A DNA stretch of 63,401 bases, the filler included, from Reticulomyxa filosa (taxonomy: Eukaryota; Protista; Foraminifera), in assembly GCA_000512085.1 (NCBI GenBank). It is 24 parts of 24 records of this genome, joined end to end, with 100 filler letters (N's around TTAATTAATTAA, not from the genome) between each part and the next. Parts side by side here need not be neighbours in the genome. Positions count along the whole stretch, not along the records: positions 43,230 to 48,933 come from ASPP01001358.1; positions 49,034 to 50,837 come from ASPP01013263.1; positions 50,938 to 59,578 come from ASPP01011365.1; positions 59,679 to 60,761 come from ASPP01000371.1; 20 more parts are not named here. One strand, given 5' to 3'. The notes beneath the pieces are model-generated. The model had not been told where the DNA came from and made no database searches. It saw only the letters and a list, made by a program, of their open reading frames with translations. Position 1 is the first letter of the stretch, and the number at the start of each line of letters is the position of its first letter. Shown piece by piece: positions 47,901 through 60,861 of the stretch. A program made the translations under genes and the position numbers.

Positions 47901-49213
47901 TGCATCGTTCCATGTTCACAACTAAAATAATTGGCTGAAGATATATTCGCATCATTCACCCGAGTACAATCACACTAATAACATTTCCACATCCTTCGTC
48001 GTATTCACAGGCCAAATTCGCTCCTATGCGCACTACAATTATTGTTGCACAACTGCGTACCGTGAGTTTGCAATGGCCCATCTTTGTCGCTTGTTAATGT
48101 TTCAGTTGTTGATGAACCACAACTGCTATAATACATTGATAACCTTCAATACGCGTCGTGTTCACAACTGTAGTACAAAGGCGTGGCAAGACATTTTATG
48201 ATGTGTTGTTGAGAATACCAAGAGAGTTACCGTTTGCTCTTGGATTGAAGGGTAAGTGGTTGATATGATTGCTGGGGGGGGGGGCGTGGTCGAACCAATT
48301 TGTGCCAGCATAGGAGGTACTGCCGCAGCGAGTCCAGAAAAAATCTCCGATAGTTTCACGTTGCACCAAAGCCTATACATTGGACTGACAGAGCCAGCGC
48401 AAGGGCAATAATAACTGCAAACCAAAAATCCAAATCCAAAAATTTTTTGCTGTTTCTCGTGGCATGAACGTACATATCTTGTGTGATGGTACGATAAAGC
48501 GCAACAAATACTGAAGATTATATCCGATAACACATTTTCCACGATATTTGTGAGAAAATTCGGTCACGATGTAGTTGGCTTTGACCAACGCAGACAGGGA
48601 GACAACGCAGGCACATTTTATAAAAACTGTATTCGAATATATAACTCGATCAACAGTCGACTTCACAGCAGGATAGGAGGTGTGAGAAAAAGTTGGGGCT
48701 GAGGTCGGATGGACAACACGGAGATCGATGTGAAGGAGGAGTCCCAGTAGGTGATTGCGCATGACAGCGATTGGACAGTGTGGATTGTAACTAGGACTTT
48801 GCACTGGCATTTGCGATTGACTCCTTCGCATAGAGTGTTGGTTTGTAATAATGTATAGAACTTCCACTGACAACGACACATGAATTACTTCCCCAGCTTT
48901 GATAACAGACAATATTTTCTTCCAAAATTTTTTNNNNNNNNNNNNNNNNNNNNNNNNNNNNNNNNNNNNNNNNNNNNTTAATTAATTAANNNNNNNNNNN
49001 NNNNNNNNNNNNNNNNNNNNNNNNNNNNNNNNNAATTCTTTTGTATTGCCCGGGTGCTCAACGCCTGCTCCTTCGCCGGTGGCCATGCAAAGAGTTTAGC
49101 AAAGCGCGTGCTGCGATGCCCCAGTTCTTTTAGTTTTACTAACAAGTGGTAACGCGCTGGTGCACCGGGCGCAGCTTGGTTATGCTTGGCCGTTTTTTTG
49201 ACGGGAGTCTGGC

Positions 49214-49996
49214 ATGGAAGCCGATCTGGATCGCCGCTTTGGCGGTATCGCCCGCCTGTACGGCGACGCCGCGCTGCAAACCTTTGCTGCGGCCAACGTA
49301 TGTGTGGTGGGCGTGGGCGGGGTAGGCTCCTGGGTGGTGGAGGCGCTGGCGCGCAGCGGCGTGGGCCGGCTGACGCTGATCGACCTCGACAATATTGCCG
49401 AATCCAATACCAACCGCCAGTTGCCGGCGCTAGACCCGCTGTACGGCATGGCCAAGGTAACAGCGCTGGCCGAACGCGTGCGCGCGATCAACCCGGCTTG
49501 CGTGGTGACCGAGGTGGAAGCTTCGTTACCGAAGACAACCTGGACGCCATGCTGGGCCAGGGCTTCGACTACATCGTCGATTGCATCGACAGCCTGCGCG
49601 TGAAGACGGCGATGGCGGCGTGGTGCGTTGCGCCAGCGCCAGCCGTTTATCGTGTCTGGCGGTGCCGGTGGCCAGATGGACCCCACCCGTATTGCCATTG
49701 CCGACCTGGGCGCCGTCACCGAAGACCCGCTGCTGTCCAAGCTGCGTTACCAGTTGCGCCGCCACCACGGTTTCAGCCGCGAGCCGGGCCGCAAGCTGGG
49801 GGTGACCTGCGTGTACTCTACCGAGCCGCTGGTGTACCCGCAGGCGCAGGCCTGCGACACGGCCGAGGCGCGCGGGCCGCAGGGTTTGTCGTGCGCCGGT
49901 TTTGGCGCCAGCGTGGTGGTGACCGCCAGCTTTGGCCTGTTTGCCGCCTCGCGCGTGTTGTCTGACCTGGCCGCCGGCAAGCGCCGCAAGCGTTGA
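49214..49996 (+). CDS. tcdA: Bacterial tRNA threonylcarbamoyladenosine dehydratase (ThiF/E1-like), with two compensating indels (~49520, ~49628)
   Basis: RRFGGIARLYG, VGVGGVGSWVVEALARSG, ESNTNRQ, DPLLSKLRYQLR, CVYSTE, GFGASVVVTASFG. Confidence 0.9.
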
Positions 49997-50006
49997 GCGC
50001 CGGTTT

Positions 50007-50048
50007 ATAAGCGAAAAAGCCACCTTGTGAGGTGGCTTTTTTGCTTAT
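50007..50048. terminator. Bidirectional rho-independent terminator between convergent genes
   Basis: ATAAGCGAAAAAGCCACCT-TGTG-AGGTGGCTTTTTTGCTTAT hairpin with A and T tracts. Confidence 0.9.
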
Positions 50049-50785
50049 GGCGTGGCCGGCAGCCGGTAGCGCTGGCGGTAGTACTGGCTGATGCGCTCGT
50101 ATTCGCCACTGGCTTTCAGCTTCAGCAGTGCGGCGTCGAACTGCTGGCGCAGCGTCTGGCTGGCAAAGCCGACGTGGCGCGGCGAGTTGTTGAACAGTGC
50201 GTAGCTGACGATATTGAAGCGCTGGCCGTTCAGGTCGGTCTGGGTGGGGTTGGCGCGGAAGATGTATTCGTCGCCGACGATGACGTCGACGCGACGGTTC
50301 AGCAGCAGCCGGTTCAGCGTGTCCTGATCGGCATGTTCGCTGTAGCCGGGTGACCGGGCGACTGCGGCGGCAAACTCGTTACCGAACAGCAGCCGGGCGT
50401 TCTGGAAGCTGGCAACCGTATAGCGCGACAGGTCGCTCACCTGCATCAGCACGATGCCGCTGTTGTGCAGGGCGATAGCGCGGTTGCGGTAATAGATCAG
50501 CGGTTGCGAGTAGTACAGCCCTTCGCTGGCAGCCGGCGTCAGCGTCAGCATCGCGTCCACCAGGTCTTCTTTCAGCATGGCCAGGCCGCGTGCCTGCGGC
50601 ACCTGCACCACCTTGGTCTGGTAGCCGGCTTGCGCCAGCACGGCGATGGCCAGGGCGGCTTCCAGCCCGGTCTCGCCACCGTTTTCCACATACGGCGGCT
50701 TGGCCAGACCGACAGCCAGCCGGATTTCTGCCGCGCCGGCGGGCAGCAGCATCAGGCACAACAGAAAGGCAAACAGTCTGCTCAT
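50045..50785 (-). CDS. Bacterial periplasmic substrate-binding protein (family 3-like)
   Basis: Signal peptide, KPPYV, PQARGLAML, LLLNRRVDVIVGD and FDAALLKLKASGEYERI. Confidence 0.88.
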   Translation of the reverse strand: MSRLFAFLLCLMLLPAGAAEIRLAVGLAKPPYVENGGETGLEAALAIAVLAQAGYQTKVVQVPQARGLAMLKEDLVDAMLTLTPAASEGLYYSQPLIYYRNRAIALHNSGIVLMQVSDLSRYTVASFQNARLLFGNEFAAAVARSPGYSEHADQDTLNRLLLNRRVDVIVGDEYIFRANPTQTDLNGQRFNIVSYALFNNSPRHVGFASQTLRQQFDAALLKLKASGEYERISQYYRQRYRLPATP

Positions 50786-51053
50786 CGGGCGCTATCGAAA
50801 AGGTGCTGCAAGCACTATATAACGGTTGGCCGCAGGCNNNNNNNNNNNNNNNNNNNNNNNNNNNNNNNNNNNNNNNNNNNNTTAATTAATTAANNNNNNN
50901 NNNNNNNNNNNNNNNNNNNNNNNNNNNNNNNNNNNNNTTTTTTTTTTTTTTTTTTTTTTTGCATATGCATATACAGCACGTTTGTCATATGCGTGTATAT
51001 ACATCTCCTTTTTTTTTTATAAAAAAATATATATATATATACGAACAAAAACC

Positions 51054-51349
51054 TGTCGCACACGGGCTCTTCTCCACTCTCGACGACGACACTTGTGAGC
51101 CGACTTCGGCTGTTGCTTCCATTGGTTGCTCTTGTCATTCCATTTTTTGGCGTATTCCCAGTCTCCTGGGCTCCAATCTGCCACCCAATTCCATTCGCTT
51201 GGGCAGCTGAGTTTGTAAGGGATTGCTTGTGGTCGAAAGTCTGCATAGGAAAAAGGTGGAGGATCTGCCTTTGCTGAGCATTGCTCCCATTTCTTTTGCG
51301 ACGCTTGCCAAACTTGATTTTCATACACTAACTCCCACACAAGCTCCAT
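51054..51349 (-). CDS. Dysferlin (DysF/Pex24p-like) domain exon, 3'-partial
   Basis: VYENQ..W..CPSEWNWVADW..DWEYAKKW..W..RRREWRRAR is the DysF Trp/Arg pattern. Confidence 0.7.
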
Positions 51350-51955
51350 GTCTATTAATTTCAGATATGCTCTTCTTCGAAAAAAACCTCGATTTTACCT
51401 TCACTTTTTTTTATCTCGAAAAAATTTAATTTTTTGAATGAATTGACAACCTACTCACAGGTGGGCATTTAGCTTTCGTTTTTTTGTTATCTCTTGTTAG
51501 TCCGTGTTGCAAAGTCGACATAAATTATATCACACTCAGTGGCTGAAAAAAGACGTTCGTTGTATTCTTATTCACGTTTTCCAGTGTGTTGCGTTTAAAA
51601 CACTGTTAAACACCTTTCATGTTTAAATAAACAGCAATGGCACCTATGTATCTACCAAATAATTAAAAAGGAAATAAATAGGACACGTCATCAAAAAACG
51701 ATTTGTTTCGAAAGCGCGTCCATAAAACTAGCGTTGTTAATTTGTATTTCAATCACTTTGTATGATACTACGTGTCACAAAATGCGTGCAAGCGTAAAAA
51801 ATATTTCAATGCATTGAATTTGTATTTATAATTGAGAAGAGTGGCTCATTTATCCAACTTAACACATTAACAAAATGAACCAAAACAAAAATCGAAAAGT
51901 GCAACCTCAAACCAAATTTTTTTACCAAAAAAAAAAAAAAAAAATGAACCACAAA

Positions 51956-53489
51956 TTAACAGGATTTTATGTTCAGCATATCTTTGACAAAATCAGGCAA
52001 AGCCTCGAAAGAAAACTTCAAGCCATGCAAAAGCCGTTGTTGGGCATATTTTTTGAAATCAAAATCGATTTTGGAGAATTTTGCTTGTACAATGGACCAC
52101 AGCCCCCAAAACAAGTGATTAGCGCAAGCAAATACCAAAATGATATCAACGCAGCTTTCAATAAACTGGTCCCATTTTTTTCCATTTTCAATAGACTGGG
52201 ACCTGTTGAAATACAATTGACGCAGGGTAAAAGGCAGGTAGTATTGTTGTTGTTGATCTTTTGGAACGGGTACAGAGTTGACGTATTCTTTAATATAACA
52301 AGCCAAAAAGTCTCTCATATGTCGTCGATTGGGAAACCACTGCTTCCAATTGCAATCAAAGCCGCAATATTCACAAAAATGATTTGCAAATTCGAATGCT
52401 CGATAATTGTAGTGTCCATACTCAAAATCAACAAATTTGATACATTGTTCGTTTTGTAAATACAGTATATTTCCTCCCAATAAATCATTGTGGCAAAATA
52501 CGCATTCAAACATAAATTGATATGCCATTTGTACTTGTGTTTGCGTTTGCGTTTGTATTTGTTTCGTTCCACTGTCATGGGCCCCATTTAACATCTGAAT
52601 TGGCTCCAATTGATGCATTTGCTGGACCTTTTCACAAATGTACTTGAGTTGCGAAATCGTATCTTTTATACCTTTCCAATTGATCTTATCGTCACCCTTG
52701 TTATCTTCGTTCTTGTCAAGCTCGTTGTTATTGTTGTGCTCCAACTTTTCTTTTAGATTCACTTGACAAGACAACTCATACCAACGATCGATTAGTGCCC
52801 ACATAATTGGTGTGCTACGCTCTTTCGCGCTATACATTAACATTGAAGGATGAATTGCGTGCATTCGTTGCATTGTTGTCGCGATTAATGGACAATACTT
52901 TCTTTCGTGCAATAATGTTGAATGACAGTTTGTGTAATACTCTTCAATTCGGCCATTGCCAAATACACCTTTTTTTTAAAAAAAAAAAAATTATTTATTA
53001 TTTTTTTTTTTGATTACTAAGCAAAATGCTTTCTTAATACGTACCCAAAAGCATTGGCCCAAAATAATTGTGCTTTTCGGTTCCCAGTTCGTAAAATAAC
53101 CAACTTTCTTTGGCTCGATCAATGAAATATTCTGTATTTTCGCCGTAGATTCGTAAAAGTATCGGATAGGATACGTAGCGCTCTTCATGGTCAATTATTA
53201 AATACAATATGTTGGTAATTCCTCCTTGAATTTGTTTTATTGTGTACTTATTTTGCTCTTCCACGTCATCCACTGATTTAATTTGGCACTGAATTTCTGA
53301 CAAACTATTGTTCCGACTGGCTCTTTTCAACGACAAAGGATCATTAACTGCCAATTGAGCAAACAAGTCGTCACAAACACTCACAATATCTTTTGTTATT
53401 TGACCCATATTCTTCAAATCAATGATTAAATTACTCTTTGGGACAGGGAGTTGTTGCAATCTTGCACTCTCACACGAGTTGAGAGACAT
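51956..53489 (-). CDS. Choline/ethanolamine kinase; exons 53489-53045 and 52968-51956
   Basis: GGITN, LLRIYG, spliced LLGVFGNGRIEEY, Brenner motif CHNDLLGGNIL, FVDFEYG..NYRAFEFANHFCEY, HLFWGLWS. Confidence 0.95.
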
Positions 53490-55139
53490 ATTAAAACAAT
53501 ACAAAACGTTTTCTTTCCGTTCAGTTTTAAAATGAACGTTTTACAGGCGGAAGCGTGCACAGACAGGAAAAAAGTGTTAGTATTTCAGTCCTTTCATTCA
53601 ATCCAAAATTTTTTAAATATTTTATTTTTTTGGAAAAGAGTGCATGAAAACTTGTTGATTTTGAAGAATATTATAAATTGCAATATTTGGGAACTTTTTA
53701 ATAACGATAATGAAGAAGAAAACAAAATAAATAACGTCAAAACTCACAAAAAAGTCAATTTTGATCTGACTCAAGCAAAAAAAACAGAAAATGAGTTGAC
53801 ATTTGCATATTTTCGATTTATCTCAAAATATTGTAAAAATTGAAGTCATATTTATGATGATCTGTACAATTTAAAAGTTTTTCTAGTTATGCAATATGTA
53901 CGCATGTCAGATTAAACGATTTTATCTCAGTTCAACGATTTCTGGTGCAGAGACATATGTCCCTTGCTCTTTAGAGCATGAGAACTTGATTCTTTAGCTA
54001 GTACAAAAGAATAAAATGCAGGAAATAGTTTGTTTTTATTTTCTTCAAAAGCAACAAATCACTCATAATTTTTAAAAATTGATGACAAGATAAAATTAAT
54101 AATATCTTTGTAATTTGAGGCAATAAAATGATTGTCATTATATGTATTATCGACTTGATGCAAACATAAATGCATGCCAAAACATAGACTATTTTTTGAT
54201 TTTCCAATAAAATAATGTATATTATAATCATTTCGAAATAACTAATTATTTACAGCATATGTAACTAGTCTTCGAAGACAAATTGAATGACAACAGTTTA
54301 ATTGTTCATGTTTGATTTACCTTCTTTCAATCGAAATTAAACAGACAATCAAGCAGTAGTATTTTTATTTTTTATAATTATGTTGTATATAACAATTTTT
54401 TATGTTATAATTATACTATTTTTTTGGATAAAGAAAAAATAATTATATGTAGCGTAGATTTAAGACTTTTCACTGATTAAAATCACAATAATATCTTAAG
54501 AGAACAGATCATAATTTACAAGTCACTCTTTTTACTAGTAGTGATAAGTCTGTCTCAAGTGAATAAAATACCCGGACCGAATACTGAAAAACTGAGCAAC
54601 TAAAAATACGATATTTCCACCGAAAATAATCCGACTTTGTTTTTTCTTTTGTATTTTTAGCCTGCATCTGACAACAAAACAAAGCAGAGAATTAGATTCT
54701 TAGATGGAAGGCATATTATGGAGAGATCAAAAGCACGGTCAGTTTGCAAAACTATTTTCTTCACGATTAAATATTAAAGGCTCAAAAGCGTTCTTCTCTC
54801 TATTTCTATTAGTGATATTTATTCCAAGAAATTTGTACTTCCTACTTTTTTCTCAAAAAATAACTTCGTCAGGCAAAGGAAATGTTTACTAAAGTCAAAA
54901 TCTGTTGTACTTTCAGACTATGTCTCACACATACTCCAAAGTTTTTGAAATGAAGACACAAACCCAAATGTAATGTAAAATTTAATGTGATTTTTAAAGA
55001 AAAAAGAGTATTACATTTTGTTGATTAAAGGCTGAGCAAAAAAAATTACAACTGTAGTGAAAGAGTTGCTTCGACAAAGAGGGGGATTTTGCGGATCATA
55101 CTCTCTGATCCGTCAATTTATTGAAACAAACAACAATCG

Positions 55140-56397
55140 ATGTCGTTGCCGTTTATCGCACAGCCAAGCAATTCAGCGCTGCAGGATTTGCTCTGCTCCC
55201 TTCAAAACACAGTCGATCATCTTACCACAAACTACTTGCACAGCGTCCAGAGAGAAACACAGCTGTTCCAGCAAACCCTAAAAAAAAGTATGGCAGTTGT
55301 AGCAGTCGAATTTGCACATAAGATGATTTCGAATACGAGCAACATGACGAGTGGTGTCCAGTGTATATTACCATCACAAGGTGTGTCACATAGTTCGTCA
55401 ATGGCCAGCTTTTTCCCTCGTCCAAATGAAATTTCAATGAATGGATCAGCAACGACATTGGTACCGTCCTTCATGGTGACCGGGATGCAAACGAGTGGTT
55501 GCAAAAGCAACGCCATTGACGATCTGCCTGCCCTGACAGCCGAAAGTGATAACGAGTCTATTCCTGAGCTGCTCAACATTTCACAGAATGTCCACGAAGA
55601 CACAAGCATAGAGTCGCGCACCAACGTCCAGGAGCCGACCACATCGACACAAGACGAAAACAATCCAAGTTTGATGAATGTGTTGGCGACTGTGGCCATC
55701 GAAGAATTGACAAAAGTAAAACGAGAGAGTTAACTTGAAATTTTTTGGGTGCAAATTTTGCTGATTGGTTGTCACATTCATATTACACTTTGTATTTTTT
55801 TTTGTTTCTGTTTTTGAGATGACATTTGTTTTTTTTTGTTTTGTTTTACAAAAAAAAAAAAAAAAAGGCAATTGCGACGAACAAGTACCATCACAACAAA
55901 AAACGCAAAGCAGTGATAACAGCCAAAAAGACACAACGCAAGACATGCGCTGCAATACATGTAACAAAACGTTCACTGCCCAGGACGATCTCACACGACA
56001 TCAGTGTTTGGAACATGACAAAAAGTGGCCTCACATGTGCAAAAAGATTGGTTGCAAACAAGGTTTCATGCATCAATCAGATTTGAAACAACACGTTCAG
56101 TCTGCACACAAGTGCAAGGAAAGTTTTTACTGTCTTCGTTGTGATAAACGATTTAAAGAAAGATTACAATTAGTTTCCCATGAACGCCTTCATATGTCAG
56201 AGAAAGTTTACCGCTGCGACTATTGCGATCAGGCTTTTTCGCAAAGCAGTTCTTTGCAATATCATAAAAAATCCCACATTTCGGAAAAAGAGTTTGTATG
56301 TCTGAATTGTAACAAATATTTTTCTGAAAAGCACTCTTTCCAAAGACACACCAAGGCCAAAATTTGTTTTGCTAAAAACAACCACAACACTCAATAA
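55140..56397 (+). CDS. C2H2 zinc-finger transcription factor; exons 55140-55728 and 55868-56397
   Basis: Five C2H2-type fingers (e.g. YRCDYCDQAFSQSSSLQYHKKSH). The GT-AG intron 55729-55867 keeps the frame. Confidence 0.88.
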
Positions 56398-57410
56398 AAC
56401 AAACAACAATACATGGTTCCCAAAAAATGCATTTTTCCTGACTTTGTTGCTAATGGTATGGTGTTGTCTCTGTCTTTAGTTTTTGTCTAGTGCATTATCT
56501 AGTGTCTTGCTGTTTTTTCATTTAATACTTTGGTATTAGTCGACAAGCGCTGGGTCCAAAATTGATCTTCGATGGCCTTTGCATTTTACCCTAAGCGTTT
56601 TGTCAAACAAAATACCAAAATATTTAATTCCCTTTTTTTAAATTGGATTTGGGATAGACTGCACGATTTTGTACTGGTAGGGGAGGACAACTGTAAAAAA
56701 AACACGATCTCTTAAAACTTGCTTTTCAAAAAATAAAGGATATTCAGAATAGAGAATTCATTTTGACTCACAAAACTTGTGATGTTGCACGGAAATTGAC
56801 AAGCATGGAACATTATTGAATGCTTTTCAACTGACAGCCCAACACTTTTTTTGGAGGCAGATAATTTTATAGTTTCATTTTGTTTTCAATCCACACAATA
56901 TCGTTTCTTAATGCCCATTTCGAGTAAAAAAGAGAAGAAAAACGCTGTGTATTACGTTTATCACAACAAATTACACAAACAAACATAAATTTATGTAACG
57001 TCCATATTGCAACAATTTGAATAGTGAGATTTTTAAAAAAGAGCGAATTAGCATCCGTTTTGTTTTTCTTTGGAAAAGACACTGATTTTGTAAAAGCTTT
57101 TAATGAATAAAGAGAGCCCAAAATCAATACAAATAAGATAAACCGAAAGTAAAGAGAAATTTTTTTTGTTAAGGATAAATGTCACTGACATTACTACTCA
57201 TAACAATTAGAGATTAAATGTGAACAGAAAAGCTGAGCAGTATTGCTTCAAAGGTTCATTTTTAATAAAGAGTCAAGAAGCAGTGAGTGTAAATAATCAT
57301 AGTTTGAACTGTTGTTCTTTTTTTTTCCTCCCACATTTCCTTTCCCTCTCTTATTTCGCTTTAAATATTATTGTTCACATATCCCCTTTTGCACAGCAAT
57401 TGTTTGTCTA

Positions 57411-58545
57411 TTAGTTTGGAATAGAACAAGATAGAAAAATATCAGATAGCAAAATGGAGTCCGAATTGATGACAAAAGCCATAACACACCATCCAGCAAT
57501 GACGGCCACTGAGGGAGCAATAAAGTGTTCATTTATTGCTATTTTATATAAGCCATAGGATGAAATACTGAAGATGAAGAAACAAAAAAAGGACAAACAA
57601 TTGACAATGGTCAGGAAACTGACTTAATAAAATCAATATGTATACACATATATATTTTTTGAAAGCAATGCATAGAGCGAAATATAAAGAACAAAGTGGT
57701 ACCATAGAGAGCAGCAAAATTGGAAGTGACCACCAAAAGGATGAGTATTGCAACAAAAGAAGGATGATAAGACCATATCCAAAATATGAAGATCATAAAC
57801 CAAGGGAAATTGCTGATTTCGATTGCAAGTAATGTTTTGTACCACAAATGTGGCGTTTTGTTACGACCATTCGAAATGGCTGTCATTGCATAGCTTAGTA
57901 TTGCTATGATCGCATTACGGATTATATGGCACGATACTGCCACTATTACTCGCATTGGCATTTCCCACAGTTTACTAGTCGTTTGTAAGGCTATTCGATA
58001 TCGCATCTCACTAAACATTGCCATTGTCATACCTTCCAATAATGACACCACTAAACATACCATACACAGTAACAACTTGTTAGTATGTTACCGAAGCATT
58101 GACAAACAATACACACAAATCATTATATTATTCTTTTTTACTTTGTCTTACCCTTTTTTTGTTTTCTTAATGTACGACTATTTTTTTTTTTTTTTTGCAT
58201 ACATTAGGGTTTGAATACAATGACAACCGGTTATATAACAGATGACGGTAACATGCTGTTCGGTGCAATAACAAATCTACAATTATTAATAGATACTCCC
58301 ATTCCACGTACTTGTCCTTGATTTCACGACAGTCCTTGTTTTCACAGTGCAGCAGTGCTACACTTTCTCCTGGAAACTCTTTGTACAGTATCGTCGTTGG
58401 GGTGCCACAATGTACACATACGAGATACTGGCCGTCTGTTCACATACACATCCCCGGTTCTCATTTAACATTCGTCCTCGACCATCCCTAATTCTCTCAT
58501 CCAACTTCAACTTTTTTCTCACCTGGATGATTCTTGGCGTCAAAT
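57411..58545 (-). pseudogene. Multi-pass membrane protein, frame-disrupted
   Basis: Successive hydrophobic ORFs (57611-58075, 57411-57596). Family not recognised. Confidence 0.3.
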
Positions 58546-59920
58546 GGATTGAATAATTTGCACATTAAAAAAAAGGTGTTTTGTAAAAGAGTTTAAACTT
58601 TTCGTTTTGCTTGACCTTAACGCGTTATAGTAGCTGTAGGTCGAATGCAATAATCACAAAACAGACAGTTTAAACAAATTGAAATTATACATAATAATAT
58701 GTTCATTCTTTTAACTATATTGATGTCTAGTTTCAGAAAAAATGGTCTTGAACTTTCACCTTTTTTTTGACTTTTACTCACCTCTCAAAGAAGTTTTTTC
58801 TCGTTTCAGAATCCTTTTTAATTCAATCTATTCCAATTGTTTTATTCTTGACCGTGTCGCCTCACACAGTGTGTCTTGTTTTTATTACAAAGCTCGTAGC
58901 TACGTTCTTCAATAGAAAACAGTTTTGTGTACGTAGTTGACAACATATTGGTTTCTGGAGATAATTTTAACTGAGTCCCTTAAGGTAAACAACCCATGTT
59001 GGGTTTTTTCGACATTTTAAAAATCACGCGCCAACGGTTTAACATTAACCTTGGAACACAGAGGATAAAAAAGATTGACACTCGTTTTTGTAAGGTTTAA
59101 CAATTATTTGTTGAAAAAAATCATTGCTTAACCAGAAAGCAAGGTTCTAAAATACATATTGCCCACTTTTTACTGGTCCAATGACAGTACTGTATCATTG
59201 ATAAAACACAAGGAGATCAATGTAAAAATGACCGTTTTTACGGAATGAAAGAGAGCTAAAAGTGGTTACAACTTAAAGCCAACACGAACGAGGTCGGTTT
59301 CACACATTAAGATTATGGCACACACACGCAAAGACAAAAAAAAGCAATAAAAATAGAAATAATCCTTGTTAAAGGAGCTGAAAAAACACAAATTCAAGCA
59401 CCCACAAACCCGTTACATTTGTTGGACGCTTTTTTTTAAAACACCCACGTAACAAATAAACCCTTTTTTTTAAAAAAAATAATCCCCTTCTTTGTGGATA
59501 TTCACTAATAACAAACAAATAACATTAAAATAAAGTGTCTTTGCCAACTTAAACATTACTAGAGGAGAGAAAAAAAAANNNNNNNNNNNNNNNNNNNNNN
59601 NNNNNNNNNNNNNNNNNNNNNNTTAATTAATTAANNNNNNNNNNNNNNNNNNNNNNNNNNNNNNNNNNNNNNNNNNNNTTAAAATCAATTTCCTCTATTA
59701 TTTGTGAAATAATAATCATCATTATAGAAAAGCAAAATTGAGGATACATAAGGTTAAATTTAAAAAAAAAGAAATTGAAAATAAACAATATGAAAAAAAA
59801 AGTCAAATTCTTTTTAGTTTTGCAAAGTAATCTTATAGAATATTATCAAAAAATATTTAATGACTTTAATATATTTAAATATCTAGTGCAACTGACTTAT
59901 GAACAAACAAAATTGAGTCA

Positions 59921-60345
59921 TCAGACGTGGTAGAAGATTTCGATGCTTTGTTTAACATTCACGCACAGTTGGTTTGGCCCAAGTGTCTTTGAGATCGTTT
60001 CCGAATGCCTTTGAAGGAGGATGGAAACTGCTGATCGACGGAATAATGATCCTACAGCGATTGGCCTCAGTGTGTTATCCAGTTTGTGGATGTCTATTAA
60101 CCTGGCCCCGTATGCAATGGCCTGTGCATCTGGACACACTATTCATTCGATTATTAATTGAGCAACTTTCGACTAATTGGATATAGTGTTTGATTGATCT
60201 GGAGCCATACTAAGCTGAATCGAATGTTGTGCCGTAAATATGTCTATTCCTCCTGACAATGACCTACTTAATTTGTTAATATGTTTGGTCAATTCATCAA
60301 TGGTAATGTGCTTGTGTGTTGGTATGTGTGGCATGTTGGGCGATA
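59921..60345 (-). mobile_element. CRE/R2-like non-LTR retrotransposon reverse-transcriptase fragment (domains 0-2)
   Basis: ITIDELTKHINKLSRSLSGGIDIFTAQH, then GARLIDIHKLDNTLRPIAVGSLFRR...LGPNQLCV. Confidence 0.75.
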
Positions 60346-60698
60346 ATAGTTGTACTTCTCAACGAGAATAAAAATGCCTTGGGGTCGCACGTGCTTGAAC
60401 TACCGCCGTTACGACTCCACCACTCTATCTCGATACAGCCACCAAAAACATGGTTGCATGTTGAGTGTATAAGTGTCATAGTTTGCCCCTTTCTGTCGCA
60501 TTTTCTATGAAATGCATTTCCGGTACATCCATCTCTACTTCCACGATATAATAATTCCACCTTTGTGTCTTGGCCTTTTGGCAGTAACTCCAGCAACGGG
60601 CCTATTTCTTCATTTTTGATTATACATGATTCCACAAATCGTTTAGTGACGTATAACGTCAAGGTCTTTGAAAAGGGTGTAAATACGTATTTTCCCAT
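60346..60698 (-). pseudogene. TLDc-domain gene fragment, truncated at the retroelement
   Basis: LLYRGSRDG...FHRKCDRKGQTMTLIHST.NHVFGG...W...DPKAFLFSL. Confidence 0.8.
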
Positions 60699-60861
60699 TC
60701 GAAAATATTGTCTTTCTCTTCACTATCAAAAGCAAAGAATCCATTCGTTCTCTCTGGTCCTNNNNNNNNNNNNNNNNNNNNNNNNNNNNNNNNNNNNNNN
60801 NNNNNTTAATTAATTAANNNNNNNNNNNNNNNNNNNNNNNNNNNNNNNNNNNNNNNNNNNN

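Noticed and set aside
47400-48933. Moderately GC-rich region with several 70-180 aa ORFs on both strands
   Set aside because: Probably decayed coding or mobile DNA, but no motif could be recognised, so no call was made.
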